A stretch of DNA of 52,278 nt from Nitrospinaceae bacterium (lineage in GTDB: Bacteria; Nitrospinota; Nitrospinia; Nitrospinales; VA-1). This document shows positions 9,540-17,866 of the stretch, piece after piece. The stretch spans positions 1 through 52,278 of the forward strand of contig JAPKCW010000001.1 of NCBI GenBank assembly GCA_028822815.1, written 5' to 3'. A program made the translations under genes and the position numbers. How positions within the stretch are numbered: position 1 is the stretch's first letter; each line of letters begins with the position of its first letter. Below the pieces are notes generated by a model. The model worked only from the letters and a program-made list of their open reading frames with translations. It had not been told where the DNA came from and ran no database searches.

Positions 9540-9650
9540 GCGTGGGGCCAACTGGCAATGGCGTTATATGGCAAGCAAAGGTATTGGCGCCTTGAGAAGC
9601 TGGGTGGCTAAATGGACCCCTCTTTTTCAAAGAGGGGCTGGGGTGATTTA
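9533..9650 (-). repeat. family-A REP/MITE-like intergenic repeat, reverse orientation, with distal 34-nt hairpin module
   Basis: It starts with CCACTAGGCGTGGGGCC (9533-9549) and ends with CCCCTCTTTTTCAAAGAGGGGCTGGGGTGATTTA (9617-9650). It is related to the copy at 44451-44569. Confidence 0.8.
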
Positions 9651-9689
9651 GAACCTATCGCGCAATATCCGGGCCAGTGGGCTTCCCGG

Positions 9690-10613
9690 TTAGCGGCGGT
9701 TCTTTTTCTTCAGGGCTTTTTTCAAAATCCAGGCAACATTCAACTTGCGGGCGCAATGTTTGAAAATGGTTTCGGTCAAGGGCCGTAGAGAGCAGTGGTC
9801 GGTCAATATCCCGGCTTCACTGCAGTTGACAACCATTAATGGATTCTCCCGTTGGAAATTTGTGAATGCCCAGTCGAACCACTGTTTGGAAACCGCCATG
9901 GATTTTAATGTTCGTAAACTTTGACCGTTGATGTCTGTTTCCAGGACCAACTGGTCTTTCTGTCTATCCATCATGAGCTTCAAGCCTTTGCCTGCGGCAT
10001 CGCTTCCATGGCTGTGGGATTTCTTTTTGGGATAAGAAAGATCCTGGCCGATGAATATAATCGGATTGCCTCCGGCTTGAAAGGCCAGGTCATAAGTTAC
10101 CGATAAAACTGTTCCGCCTGGTGTCAATATGCCAATGTGGGGAACCATTTTTTGAATTTCAACCAAAGTGGGGATATCCGGTGCGAATTTATTGAAAAAA
10201 AGGACATTGTTTTCCCAAAGCTCAAGAACATGGGGATGCACGATAGAAGGAACCACAAGGGTTATTCCTCCCTGCGGAACATTAACGAGAAATCGGGTGA
10301 TTTCTTCTTGAGGATCCAGGCAAACCACAAAGTCCGGAATGATCCCGTTTTCCATCAATGGATTTAATGCGGCATCACAAGAAATAATGACGGCTTTATT
10401 TTGAGCGCGGTGAAGAAAGCGGATATTTTTATCCAGGGATGGCCCGGCACCTACCACAATGCAAGGCAGATCGCGAAATTTGTTTTTAAGGGCAATGACT
10501 CCAGGGTTTTGTTGTATGGCATTAAGGTTTGCTTGGAAATTCCGTTGCCAAACTTGGTCGAAGCGGAGAAGGGTGGCTGATTTTACTTCGCGAATTTGTT
10601 CGTCACGACTCAT
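9690..10613 (-). CDS. DUF115 / Maf-type (motility accessory factor, MptE-like) protein
   Basis: The motif block CIVVGAGPSLDKNI...VIISCDAALNPLMENGIIPDFVVCLDPQ is typical of DUF115. I prefer ATG 10613 (MSRDEQ) because the TTG at 10649 lies almost against the flgE terminator. Confidence 0.6.
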   Translation of the reverse strand: MSRDEQIREVKSATLLRFDQVWQRNFQANLNAIQQNPGVIALKNKFRDLPCIVVGAGPSLDKNIRFLHRAQNKAVIISCDAALNPLMENGIIPDFVVCLDPQEEITRFLVNVPQGGITLVVPSIVHPHVLELWENNVLFFNKFAPDIPTLVEIQKMVPHIGILTPGGTVLSVTYDLAFQAGGNPIIFIGQDLSYPKKKSHSHGSDAAGKGLKLMMDRQKDQLVLETDINGQSLRTLKSMAVSKQWFDWAFTNFQRENPLMVVNCSEAGILTDHCSLRPLTETIFKHCARKLNVAWILKKALKKKNRR

Positions 10614-10660
10614 GAGCCTAATGTAACAAAGTCTGGGTTCTACAGGCAAGTATGCGTCGC

Positions 10661-10692
10661 AAAAAAAAGACCCGGACTAAAAGTCCGGGTCT
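10661..10692 (-). terminator. rho-independent terminator after flgE
   Basis: On the minus strand: AGACCCGGACT-TTT-AGTCCGGGTCT followed by T8. Confidence 0.7.
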
Positions 10693-10718
10693 TGAAGAGA
10701 TCAAATCAATTGTGAATA

Positions 10719-11966
10719 TTACCGTACCAGATTCACGGACTCCGTAAGCAAGTCATCGATAGTGGTGATGATTCTGGAGCTGGCTTGAAAGGCCTGCTGG
10801 GTTTGAATCATGGTGATGAACTGTTCTGCCAGGTCCACGTTGGAAAGCTCCAGCGACTGGCCGACAATCGCCCCAAACCCACCTGTCCGAGCGAGTCCCA
10901 ATACCCCTTGCCCGGATTCCTCGGACTCTGAAAACAGGTTCGAACCCTGCCGGGTCAACCCGGAAGGAGCGAGAAAGTCCGCTAGGGTAACCTGGTACAG
11001 GTCGTCCGTTTGTCCGTTATTGAACAAACCCGCGATGACACCTTTGTCACTGACTGTCAAGCCAGTAAGGGTCCCTGTAGTAAACCCGTCCTGAACCAGT
11101 GAGTTGTTATTGGATTCTGCGGCGAATCCTGTCAACTTGCCGTTAGTGGCGGTGCCAGCGGCGTTGGCCAGATCCCATGACAGGGTCTGGGTGGCGGCCG
11201 GGGTGCTGGCAGAAGAAAAATCGATAACTATGCTTTGGTCTGCCACAGCGGCTCCTCCGACCAGGCTCAATTGCCCGGAGGTGTCAAAGGTGACGGATCC
11301 GGATGCGCCCGAGGTTACAGTGCCTTCAGAAGTACTGATGGCATAAGTCCATTGATTTGCATTGGCGACTTTGGTGAACTGGGCGCTGAGGGTAACCTGG
11401 TTGCCCACCGAGTTGAAAATGGTGATGGGTGAAGTGAATGTAGTAGCGGCTGTGGCGGAGGCATCGAGATTAGCTCCCAGCGTAAACGTGGTGGTGGCCT
11501 GCGGGGTGGATTGCACTCCGGCAAGGTCAATGTCTGAAACACTAGTGGAAACGGTGTCATTGGTGATCGCCTGGCCCTGTAAAATTTCACCGGTGATGGC
11601 CTGAACCAATCCGTTTTGATTTAATCTGAATTGACCGGCACGAGTAAAAAAGGTCCCGGTGGTATTGGTGGGGCTGACCACAAAGAAACCGGAACCGTCA
11701 AGAGCCAGATCCAAAGCATTTGAGGAAGACTCAAACGAACCTTGGGTGAATTGTTTAATAGTTCCCTGCAATTGCGAGCCGCGGCCCAACTGGCTGGTTG
11801 TAGATCCGTTGGTTAGAATGGTGCTGAAAATATCACTGAATACGGCTTTACTAGATTTAAAGCCTACCGTGTTGACATTGGAAATGTTGTCACCAATGAT
11901 TTCCATGGCCTGAGCATTTGCTGCCAGCCCGGTGACCCCGGTGAATAATGAACTGATTAAAGACAT
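10719..11966 (-). CDS. flgE: flagellar hook protein FlgE
   Basis: N-terminus: SLFTGVTGLAANAQAMEIIGDNISNVNTVGFK. C-terminus: QAFQASSRIITTIDDLLTESVNLVR. The core is Thr/Ser/Gly-rich. Confidence 0.9.
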   Translation of the reverse strand: MSLISSLFTGVTGLAANAQAMEIIGDNISNVNTVGFKSSKAVFSDIFSTILTNGSTTSQLGRGSQLQGTIKQFTQGSFESSSNALDLALDGSGFFVVSPTNTTGTFFTRAGQFRLNQNGLVQAITGEILQGQAITNDTVSTSVSDIDLAGVQSTPQATTTFTLGANLDASATAATTFTSPITIFNSVGNQVTLSAQFTKVANANQWTYAISTSEGTVTSGASGSVTFDTSGQLSLVGGAAVADQSIVIDFSSASTPAATQTLSWDLANAAGTATNGKLTGFAAESNNNSLVQDGFTTGTLTGLTVSDKGVIAGLFNNGQTDDLYQVTLADFLAPSGLTRQGSNLFSESEESGQGVLGLARTGGFGAIVGQSLELSNVDLAEQFITMIQTQQAFQASSRIITTIDDLLTESVNLVR

Positions 11967-11996
11967 GAGTGATCTCCTTTTTCCGTTACGGCTTGA

Positions 11997-12653
11997 TTAA
12001 ATGCTTACTTTTGATATTTCGTTTATAGCGAGTTTTTGCCCATTAACGATGGCATAGGCCTGCCCATCTTCAAAGACGACATCGGTTACCAGACCGGCGG
12101 TGAACGTTTCCGCTGGCACGAAATTGCCAGTAGAATCTGAAGCAGTGATTTTGAAAGTATAGTTACTGCTAGGAAGCAATGCGCCGGAAGCATCCGTGCC
12201 GCTCCACACAAATTCATGTAACCCTGAGTTTTGAGCGCCAAGGTTGACGGTGGAGACTTTGATGCCGGTGCTGTCAAAAATGTCGATGGTCACATCGGTG
12301 GCGTCGCTATTGAGCGAATAGCTCAACGTTTCTGCCTCGCCGGATTTAAAGTCGACCGTATTACCGGGTGCGTCTACGGTTTTACCAATCAGGGCAAGGG
12401 CCGAGGAATTGCTCAAGGCTAGGTCGAAAGCCTGGCTGATTTCCAGGTTATCGTTCACGTTGGTCAACTGCTCAAGACTGCTGAACTGTGCCAGTTGAGA
12501 GGCAAATTCCTGGCCTTCCATGGGGGCAAGTGGGTCTTGGGCCTGCAATTGCGCAACCAGGATTTTAAGGAAATCATCTTTTCCCAGAGTACTGTCTCCA
12601 GACGCGGTGATGCCTTCTGTAGTAGTGGTCGGTGAAATCGGATTGAAAATCAT
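11997..12653 (-). CDS. flgD: flagellar hook assembly (capping) protein FlgD
   Basis: LGKDDFLKILVAQLQAQDPLAPM motif plus a FLgD-Ig-like C-terminal half. It lies between fliK and flgE. Confidence 0.88.
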   Translation of the reverse strand: MIFNPISPTTTTEGITASGDSTLGKDDFLKILVAQLQAQDPLAPMEGQEFASQLAQFSSLEQLTNVNDNLEISQAFDLALSNSSALALIGKTVDAPGNTVDFKSGEAETLSYSLNSDATDVTIDIFDSTGIKVSTVNLGAQNSGLHEFVWSGTDASGALLPSSNYTFKITASDSTGNFVPAETFTAGLVTDVVFEDGQAYAIVNGQKLAINEISKVSI

Positions 12654-12702
12654 AATATTGTTGTCCTGATAAAATAATGATGAGTGATTATTTTATAATC
12701 CA

Positions 12703-14298
12703 CTAAGCAATGACGCTGATAGATTGGTTGTCTCCAAAAAATAAGGAAACCATGCCGGTTTCCGGGTTATCGTCCGTGTCATTGGAAGCCGTCTTCTCAA
12801 ACAACGAGGTATTGTTTTCTTCATCCAAAGATTCTCCTGATGGGTGTTGATGGCCCGATTCCCCGCCAACCGTGACGGTGAAGCTGCCCAACTTTAAACC
12901 CTGTTCGCCCATAGCATCCCGTAATTGATTAAAGTTATTTTCGATGACCTGCTTTACGGCTTGATTTTCTGCCACAATCACAGTTCTTACCGTATCTCCG
13001 GAAGTGATGATTTTCATCCTTACTGTTCCCAGAGATGGCGGATCCAGCTTGATATGGACCTCATTCTGCGCCCCAATGGTGCGAACGGTCATCTTGTTGG
13101 CAATCTGGTTGATAATTTTTGCTTCCGTAGCTCCGCGGGCCAAGAGGTTCTCAGGTAAAATCGGTTTGCTCGACTCCGCTGCTTTTACAGCGGTGTTGGC
13201 GGCGACGGTTGGAGATTGAATTTGTAGGTCGGGACCTGTCTTGGCAGTTTCCAGACCTTTATAGCCTTTGCCATCGGTAAAACTTTCTGTTTGGAGGATG
13301 TTTGCTTGGGCGTTTTTACCGCTCAGCAATTCGCCGAGATTGGAGGTTTTGGCGCCCTTTTCGTTCACCGGTTCCTGTGTGGTGATCCTTGTAGCTTCAT
13401 TTTGTTTTGCAGTTTCGGTGAGCTTGTCCAGTGAGGCGGAACGATCGGTTTTTCCCGTTCCTTTCGCGGTATCCGATCTTTTCGTGGTGTCCTTTAATTT
13501 CGCGGTATCTTTTAATTGGGTTAAGAAATCTGGTCCCTCATCATTTTCAGCCTGGCTATTATAAAGAACAGAATTTTTTATGATCGCTTCATCAGGCCGG
13601 TTGGTTTGGGAATCTAATTTAGCCTGAAGGTTGGCGTTTTTATCGAGTCCTTTTTGGGCGGAAGCATTTTGAAGGGACTGTAAATGATTCAAGAAGTTTT
13701 TTACTTCTGCGTCCGACAATCCGGCCTGCTTCAGCAGGTTAACCGCCTCCCCTTGATTCTGCTGAATTCTCGCTATAAGGTCAGAGGCATTGGTTCCACC
13801 GCCCGAGTCCTTCGGGTTTAAATTTAGAGCCTGGGTCAGCGACTGGAGCAAGGCATCGATATCCGCATCGCCATTCAAGCCGAGCAGACCCAGCAAAGCT
13901 TCAAACTGGGCTTGATTGATATCCAGTTCTTGCAATTGAGTCGCCAGAACTTCGGTATCTTCTATTAATGAATCTTTGGTCACGGTATTTTCAATCGGTG
14001 AATCTTTGGTTACGGTTTCAGGAGCTGATTGGGACTCGTTTTCTTTTGCTGCCGATACTTCCTGATTATTCGAGTTGTCCTCCGTGCGCGTCTTGGCTTT
14101 GGGTTGGGTTTTTTCGGCCTGAGTATTATTCTGGTTTTGTGGAGAATCTTCTTTGGATGGTTTTTGAGCCGTGTCCACCTTGTGTACGGCAGTGTCCATA
14201 AAATCTTTAAAGCCGTTATCATTCGCCTGGTCCTGGGTAGGAGCAGTGGGTTCTACCGGGGCTTTGACGGCGAATAGGGCTAACACGTTAGCGGGCAT
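12703..14298 (-). CDS. fliK: flagellar hook-length control protein FliK
   Basis: Long, low-complexity Gln/Lys/Thr-rich N-terminal part. The C-terminal Flg_hook-type domain reads IKLDPPSLGTVRMKIITSGDTVRTVIVAENQAVKQVIENNFNQLRDAMGEQGLKLGSFTV. It is positioned upstream of flgD. Confidence 0.75.
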   Translation of the reverse strand: MPANVLALFAVKAPVEPTAPTQDQANDNGFKDFMDTAVHKVDTAQKPSKEDSPQNQNNTQAEKTQPKAKTRTEDNSNNQEVSAAKENESQSAPETVTKDSPIENTVTKDSLIEDTEVLATQLQELDINQAQFEALLGLLGLNGDADIDALLQSLTQALNLNPKDSGGGTNASDLIARIQQNQGEAVNLLKQAGLSDAEVKNFLNHLQSLQNASAQKGLDKNANLQAKLDSQTNRPDEAIIKNSVLYNSQAENDEGPDFLTQLKDTAKLKDTTKRSDTAKGTGKTDRSASLDKLTETAKQNEATRITTQEPVNEKGAKTSNLGELLSGKNAQANILQTESFTDGKGYKGLETAKTGPDLQIQSPTVAANTAVKAAESSKPILPENLLARGATEAKIINQIANKMTVRTIGAQNEVHIKLDPPSLGTVRMKIITSGDTVRTVIVAENQAVKQVIENNFNQLRDAMGEQGLKLGSFTVTVGGESGHQHPSGESLDEENNTSLFEKTASNDTDDNPETGMVSLFFGDNQSISVIA

Positions 14299-14346
14299 TT
14301 AAAAGGTCCGATTAATTATAAATAAAGTTCATCCACCTATCTCTTG

Positions 14347-14362
14347 AGCAAAACCGATGCCA
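14347..14362 (-). promoter_or_regulatory. sigma-54 (-24/-12) promoter candidate for fliK-flgD-flgE
   Basis: The minus strand reads TGGCAT-CGGTT-TTGCT, matching TGGCAC-N5-TTGCW with correct spacing. There are 48 nt to the fliK ATG. Confidence 0.55.
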
Positions 14363-14734
14363 AAAACCGATATGAGTTCCCAATGGGTTTATGTATATAG
14401 GTTTACGCGTTTGAAGGCAGGGGGAATCCAGCCCTCATGACCCGGAAAAATCTGCCTCTGGGAGAAAAAAAATCCTGGTTTTTCAGTTGTGGTTTCTAAC
14501 TTTGACCGGGCAAAACCGTTTCTATCTCGACATTTTGCCTAAGTAACAACTTTGTTAAGATTTACAATGGGTAGCTAGATGCACTTTTAAAATGGTCCGT
14601 TTGGGTGTAAAATCAGGTTTTACAATTCGTTAAAACATTATGGTTTCTCAAGAAAAAATATTTCATGGCCATCCGTCAAAAACTTAAATTAGGTGATGTT
14701 CTGGTGAAAGCCGGGGAAAGCAGGAGGAATCCCT

Positions 14735-15001
14735 TTGGGGATTACAGAAAATGCCTCCTATACAGAGGAAAAAGTTCAGCTTTTATCCGGTGATGTGGTT
14801 TTCCTGTATTCTGATGGAGTGGTGGAGCCGATGAATAATCAAAAAGAACATTTCGGCATGGACAGGCTACGATCGATGATTGTTGAATCAAACGGAACGC
14901 CGGAAGGGGTTCTGGAAAAAGTCGAGAATGCCATACAGACTTTTACCCACAATGCACCGCAATTCGATGACATGACCTTCCTGGTGTTCAAGGTTCTTTA
15001 G
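14735..15001 (+). pseudogene. C-terminal remnant of a PP2C/SpoIIE-family phosphatase
   Basis: The ORF encodes only the last ~90 residues of the domain: (GGIP)LGITEN...LLSGDVVFLYSDGVVEP...HFGMDRL...APQFDDMTFLVFKV. Upstream pieces (IFHGHPS, LKLGDVLV) appear in other frames. Further 5' the sequence is stop-rich. Confidence 0.55.
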
Positions 15002-15023
15002 CGGCCGGGATACTTTTCCTAAA

Positions 15024-15098
15024 CCTTCGTGCCCCAAGGGGTAGAACCGACGAAGGCGTAGTATTCTCCCAAAGCTTTAGTGTCCCCGCAGGGGTATG
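15024..15098. repeat. pair of GC-rich mini-hairpins in a convergent gap (related to the module-B hairpin core)
   Basis: CCTTCGTGCCCCAAGGGGTAGAACCGACGAAGG (15024-15056) and CCCCGCAGGGG (15084-15094). The same CCCC-N3/4-GGGG(TA) core appears at about 37098, 46957 and 52180. Confidence 0.5.
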
Positions 15099-15114
15099 AC
15101 TGCAATAGCTTTAT

Positions 15115-16896
15115 TTACGATTTTATATGGTGATAGGAAGATCCGGCACCCTGAGGAATTCTTATATCATCTACCATATCTTTAATTTCATCTGGGGGTG
15201 GGGCAGTGAATCGGCTAACCAGGCTTGCAACAAGGAAATTAAATAACATTCCCAAAGTTCCGATCCCTTCCGGTGAAATTCCAAACCACCAGTTTTCCGC
15301 AGAGTTGGCAGAAGGATTAATGAATTTAAAATAAATGATATAGCTGGCGGTGAACGAGAGTCCGGTTATCATTCCTGCAATGGCACCTTCTTTGTTCATA
15401 CGTTTCGAAAAAATTCCCATCAAAATAACTGGGAAAAATGACGAAGCCGCAAGACCAAAGGCGAATGCCACTACTTGCGCAACGAATCCAGGTGGGTGAA
15501 TGCCAAAGTATCCGGCGATGATGATAGCCAGTGCCGCTGACATTCGGGCAAAAAACAGTTCCTGTTTGTCGGTAATACTCTTCAAAAACATTTTTTTCAA
15601 TAGGTCGTGAGAGATGGATGTAGATATAACAAGTAGCAATCCAGCCGCAGTGGAAAGCGCGGCAGCAAGGGCCCCTGCCGCAACCAAAGCGATTACCCAA
15701 TTCGGCAAGCCGGCGATTTCAGGATTAGCCAAAACCATAATGTCGCGGTCGATATAAAGTTCATTAAGGTTATCGGTAAGCGGGTTTGAAATTTTTCTTT
15801 CTCCTTTGAGACCCCGCTCCTGCAAAAACTGAGGTTTCCCTCTGAAGGCTTTTCCCGCGGAATATTGGATCCTCCCATCCTGATTTTTATCGACCCAGGC
15901 GATGAGGTTGGTGTTTTCCCAGTTCTTAAACCATGATGGAGTTGTCTTGTATTCTGCATTATGGACGGTATTGATAAGGTTGACCCGGGCAAAAGAGGCC
16001 AACGCCGGAGCGGTTGTATATAACAACGCAATAAATACCAGGGCATACCCTGCTGAAATACGAGCATCGCGAACTTTTGGAACTGTAAAAAATCTTACGA
16101 TGACATGGGGGAGTCCCGCGGTGCCAACCATCAGAGCAGCCGTGATAAAAAACACATCGATGGTGGACTTTTTGCCTGCCGTATAAGCTGCAAACCCAAG
16201 CTCGGCAGATAATTGATCGAGCTTATCAAGAAGATAGGTATTGGAACCGTCGACCAGAGTACTGCCAAATCCGAGTTGTGGGATGGGGTGTCCTGTCATC
16301 AACATGGATACGAAGATAGCGGGAACCAGAAAAGCGAAAATCAAAATGCAATACTGTGCCACCTGGGTGTAGGTAATTCCTTTCATGCCGCCAAGCACTG
16401 CATAAAAGAAGACAATGGCCATGCCAATGAAAACACCTGTAGTGATTTCAACTTCCAGAAAACGGGAAAAAACAATACCCACCCCGCGCATTTGACCTGC
16501 CACATAAGTAAACGAAACAAATAAAACACACACGACGGCGACCACCCGGGCGATGTCGGAATAATAACGATCGCCGACAAAATCGGGAACCGTGTATTTG
16601 CCGAACTTGCGCAGATAGGGCGCCAGAAGCAAGGCGAGCAGGACATAACCTCCTGTCCATCCCATCAGATAAACGGCTCCATCACGTCCGATAAAAGATA
16701 TGATGCCTGCCATGGAAATGAATGAAGCGGCAGACATCCAATCGGCCGCCGTTGCCATGCCATTGGCAAGAGGGGGCACTCCTCCTCCGGCGACATAGAA
16801 ATCGTCCGTATTCCCAGCCCGCGCCCATATAGCGATGCCTATATAAAGAGTGAATGTTGCTCCAACAAAAATAAAAGTTAATGTCTGAACGTCCAT
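15115..16896 (-). CDS. sodium:solute symporter (SSS) family transporter, ActP-like large subunit
   Basis: About 13 TM helices. SSS-family blocks are present (GGGVPPLANGMATAADWMSAASFISMAG, GGMKGITYTQVAQY). I chose ATG 16896 (MDVQTL). It is paired with a DUF4212-type small subunit 7 nt upstream. Confidence 0.88.
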   Translation of the reverse strand: MDVQTLTFIFVGATFTLYIGIAIWARAGNTDDFYVAGGGVPPLANGMATAADWMSAASFISMAGIISFIGRDGAVYLMGWTGGYVLLALLLAPYLRKFGKYTVPDFVGDRYYSDIARVVAVVCVLFVSFTYVAGQMRGVGIVFSRFLEVEITTGVFIGMAIVFFYAVLGGMKGITYTQVAQYCILIFAFLVPAIFVSMLMTGHPIPQLGFGSTLVDGSNTYLLDKLDQLSAELGFAAYTAGKKSTIDVFFITAALMVGTAGLPHVIVRFFTVPKVRDARISAGYALVFIALLYTTAPALASFARVNLINTVHNAEYKTTPSWFKNWENTNLIAWVDKNQDGRIQYSAGKAFRGKPQFLQERGLKGERKISNPLTDNLNELYIDRDIMVLANPEIAGLPNWVIALVAAGALAAALSTAAGLLLVISTSISHDLLKKMFLKSITDKQELFFARMSAALAIIIAGYFGIHPPGFVAQVVAFAFGLAASSFFPVILMGIFSKRMNKEGAIAGMITGLSFTASYIIYFKFINPSANSAENWWFGISPEGIGTLGMLFNFLVASLVSRFTAPPPDEIKDMVDDIRIPQGAGSSYHHIKS

Positions 16897-16903
16897 ACAG
16901 GGT

Positions 16904-17224
16904 TTATTTTTGAGATTCTTTATTATCGTGATAAGTGTCGTCTTTGGAAAAGTTGTCCCGGTCCTCATCCACACCATATTTGTGGTCGAGTTTGTTCATC
17001 TTATAGACATAGACAAAAATAAGAATGACGAAACAAAAAATAGAGCCTTGTTGTGCCATCCAGAAACCAAATTTAAATCCGAAGAAACGAAAATTATCCA
17101 AAACATCGACGAACAGGATTGCCATTCCGAAAGAAACCACAAACCATATTGATAAAAGTGAGAGGACAATGCGGATATTTGCTTTCCAGTAAGCTTTTGC
17201 TTGTGGGCTATGAGAATCGCTCAT
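16904..17224 (-). CDS. DUF4212-type putative solute:sodium symporter small subunit
   Basis: Two TM helices. AYWKANIRIV...FGFWMAQQGSIFCFVILIFVY is typical of DUF4212. I chose ATG 17224 (MSDSH) over the longer ORF in the track. Confidence 0.8.
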   Translation of the reverse strand: MSDSHSPQAKAYWKANIRIVLSLLSIWFVVSFGMAILFVDVLDNFRFFGFKFGFWMAQQGSIFCFVILIFVYVYKMNKLDHKYGVDEDRDNFSKDDTYHDNKESQK

Positions 17225-17361
17225 TGATTTTTGTCTAAAAAGGGTTCCAGATACAAGGTCAGAGCCTAGCAAAATGGGTAGGCCTTGCATAACATTCCAA
17301 TTGCACCACACACACTTCGGGTTATAAAGTTAATAATGGTACAAGCTCCCTCGTGAGAGGG

Positions 17362-17448
17362 TGGTGCCGGAGGTCGGAATCGAACCGACACGAGGTTGCC
17401 CTCGCGGGATTTTGAATCCCGTGCGTCTACCAATTTCACCACTCCGGC
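17362..17448 (-). tRNA. tRNA-Leu (anticodon CAA), CCA encoded
   Basis: The reverse complement is GCCGGAGTGGTGAAATTGGTAGACGCACGGGATTCAAAATCCCGCGAGGGCAACCTCGTGTCGGTTCGATTCCGACCTCCGGCACCA. It shows a 7-bp acceptor stem, the anticodon loop TTCAAAA, a long variable arm and a T-loop GGTTCGATTCC. Confidence 0.93.
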
Positions 17449-17866
17449 ACTCTAATTTTCAATAATTTACGGCGGGAAGTTTTTCGCGCTACCTGGCAAT
17501 TCGAATAACTTTTCAGGATTATATCAAAAATGATTTAAAAATGGTCCATTAATATTTTTTTAAACTCACCCTTTTTAACTCCTACCTCCTACTATCTATG
17601 CTTTCACATAATTAGCTTAAAATTTTTGATTCCAAGGGAAATACCGTTAATCAGGATTTCCAATTTATGCGTGCCCGGATAATAGACCCGCGTTGTAATT
17701 TTCCTGAATGCGTGTTTTCGTGTTGCCTTAAGTGTTGCCTGTGGCGCAAGCGTTGTCTTTTTCCACTTGAATACTTTTGCTGTTGTACCTCCATTGGCTT
17801 TTCATAAGTAAAATTTAGTTTTGGAAACTGGATATTTATTGGCGTTGGGGGTCATTAGTTCAGATT

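Noticed and set aside
9533-9549. The family-A 17-mer as a DNA-uptake sequence used by the type IV pilus/competence machinery.
   Set aside because: The motif is always embedded in larger ~100-150-nt alignable units and is absent from coding interiors. Known uptake sequences are short, autonomous and also frequent inside genes. I kept it only as a minor alternative.
17667-17807. A 46-codon Cys-rich ORF (MRARIIDPRCNFPECVFSCCLKCC...) that could be a small peptide or bacteriocin-like gene.
   Set aside because: There is no Shine-Dalgarno sequence. The Cys richness follows from the TG-rich, partly duplicated DNA (GTGTTGCCT x2). There are no maturation or export genes nearby.
17362-17866. tRNA-Leu as the attachment site of a genomic island.
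   Set aside because: There is no integrase, and I saw no direct repeat of the tRNA 3' end. Genes on both sides are ordinary chromosomal functions.
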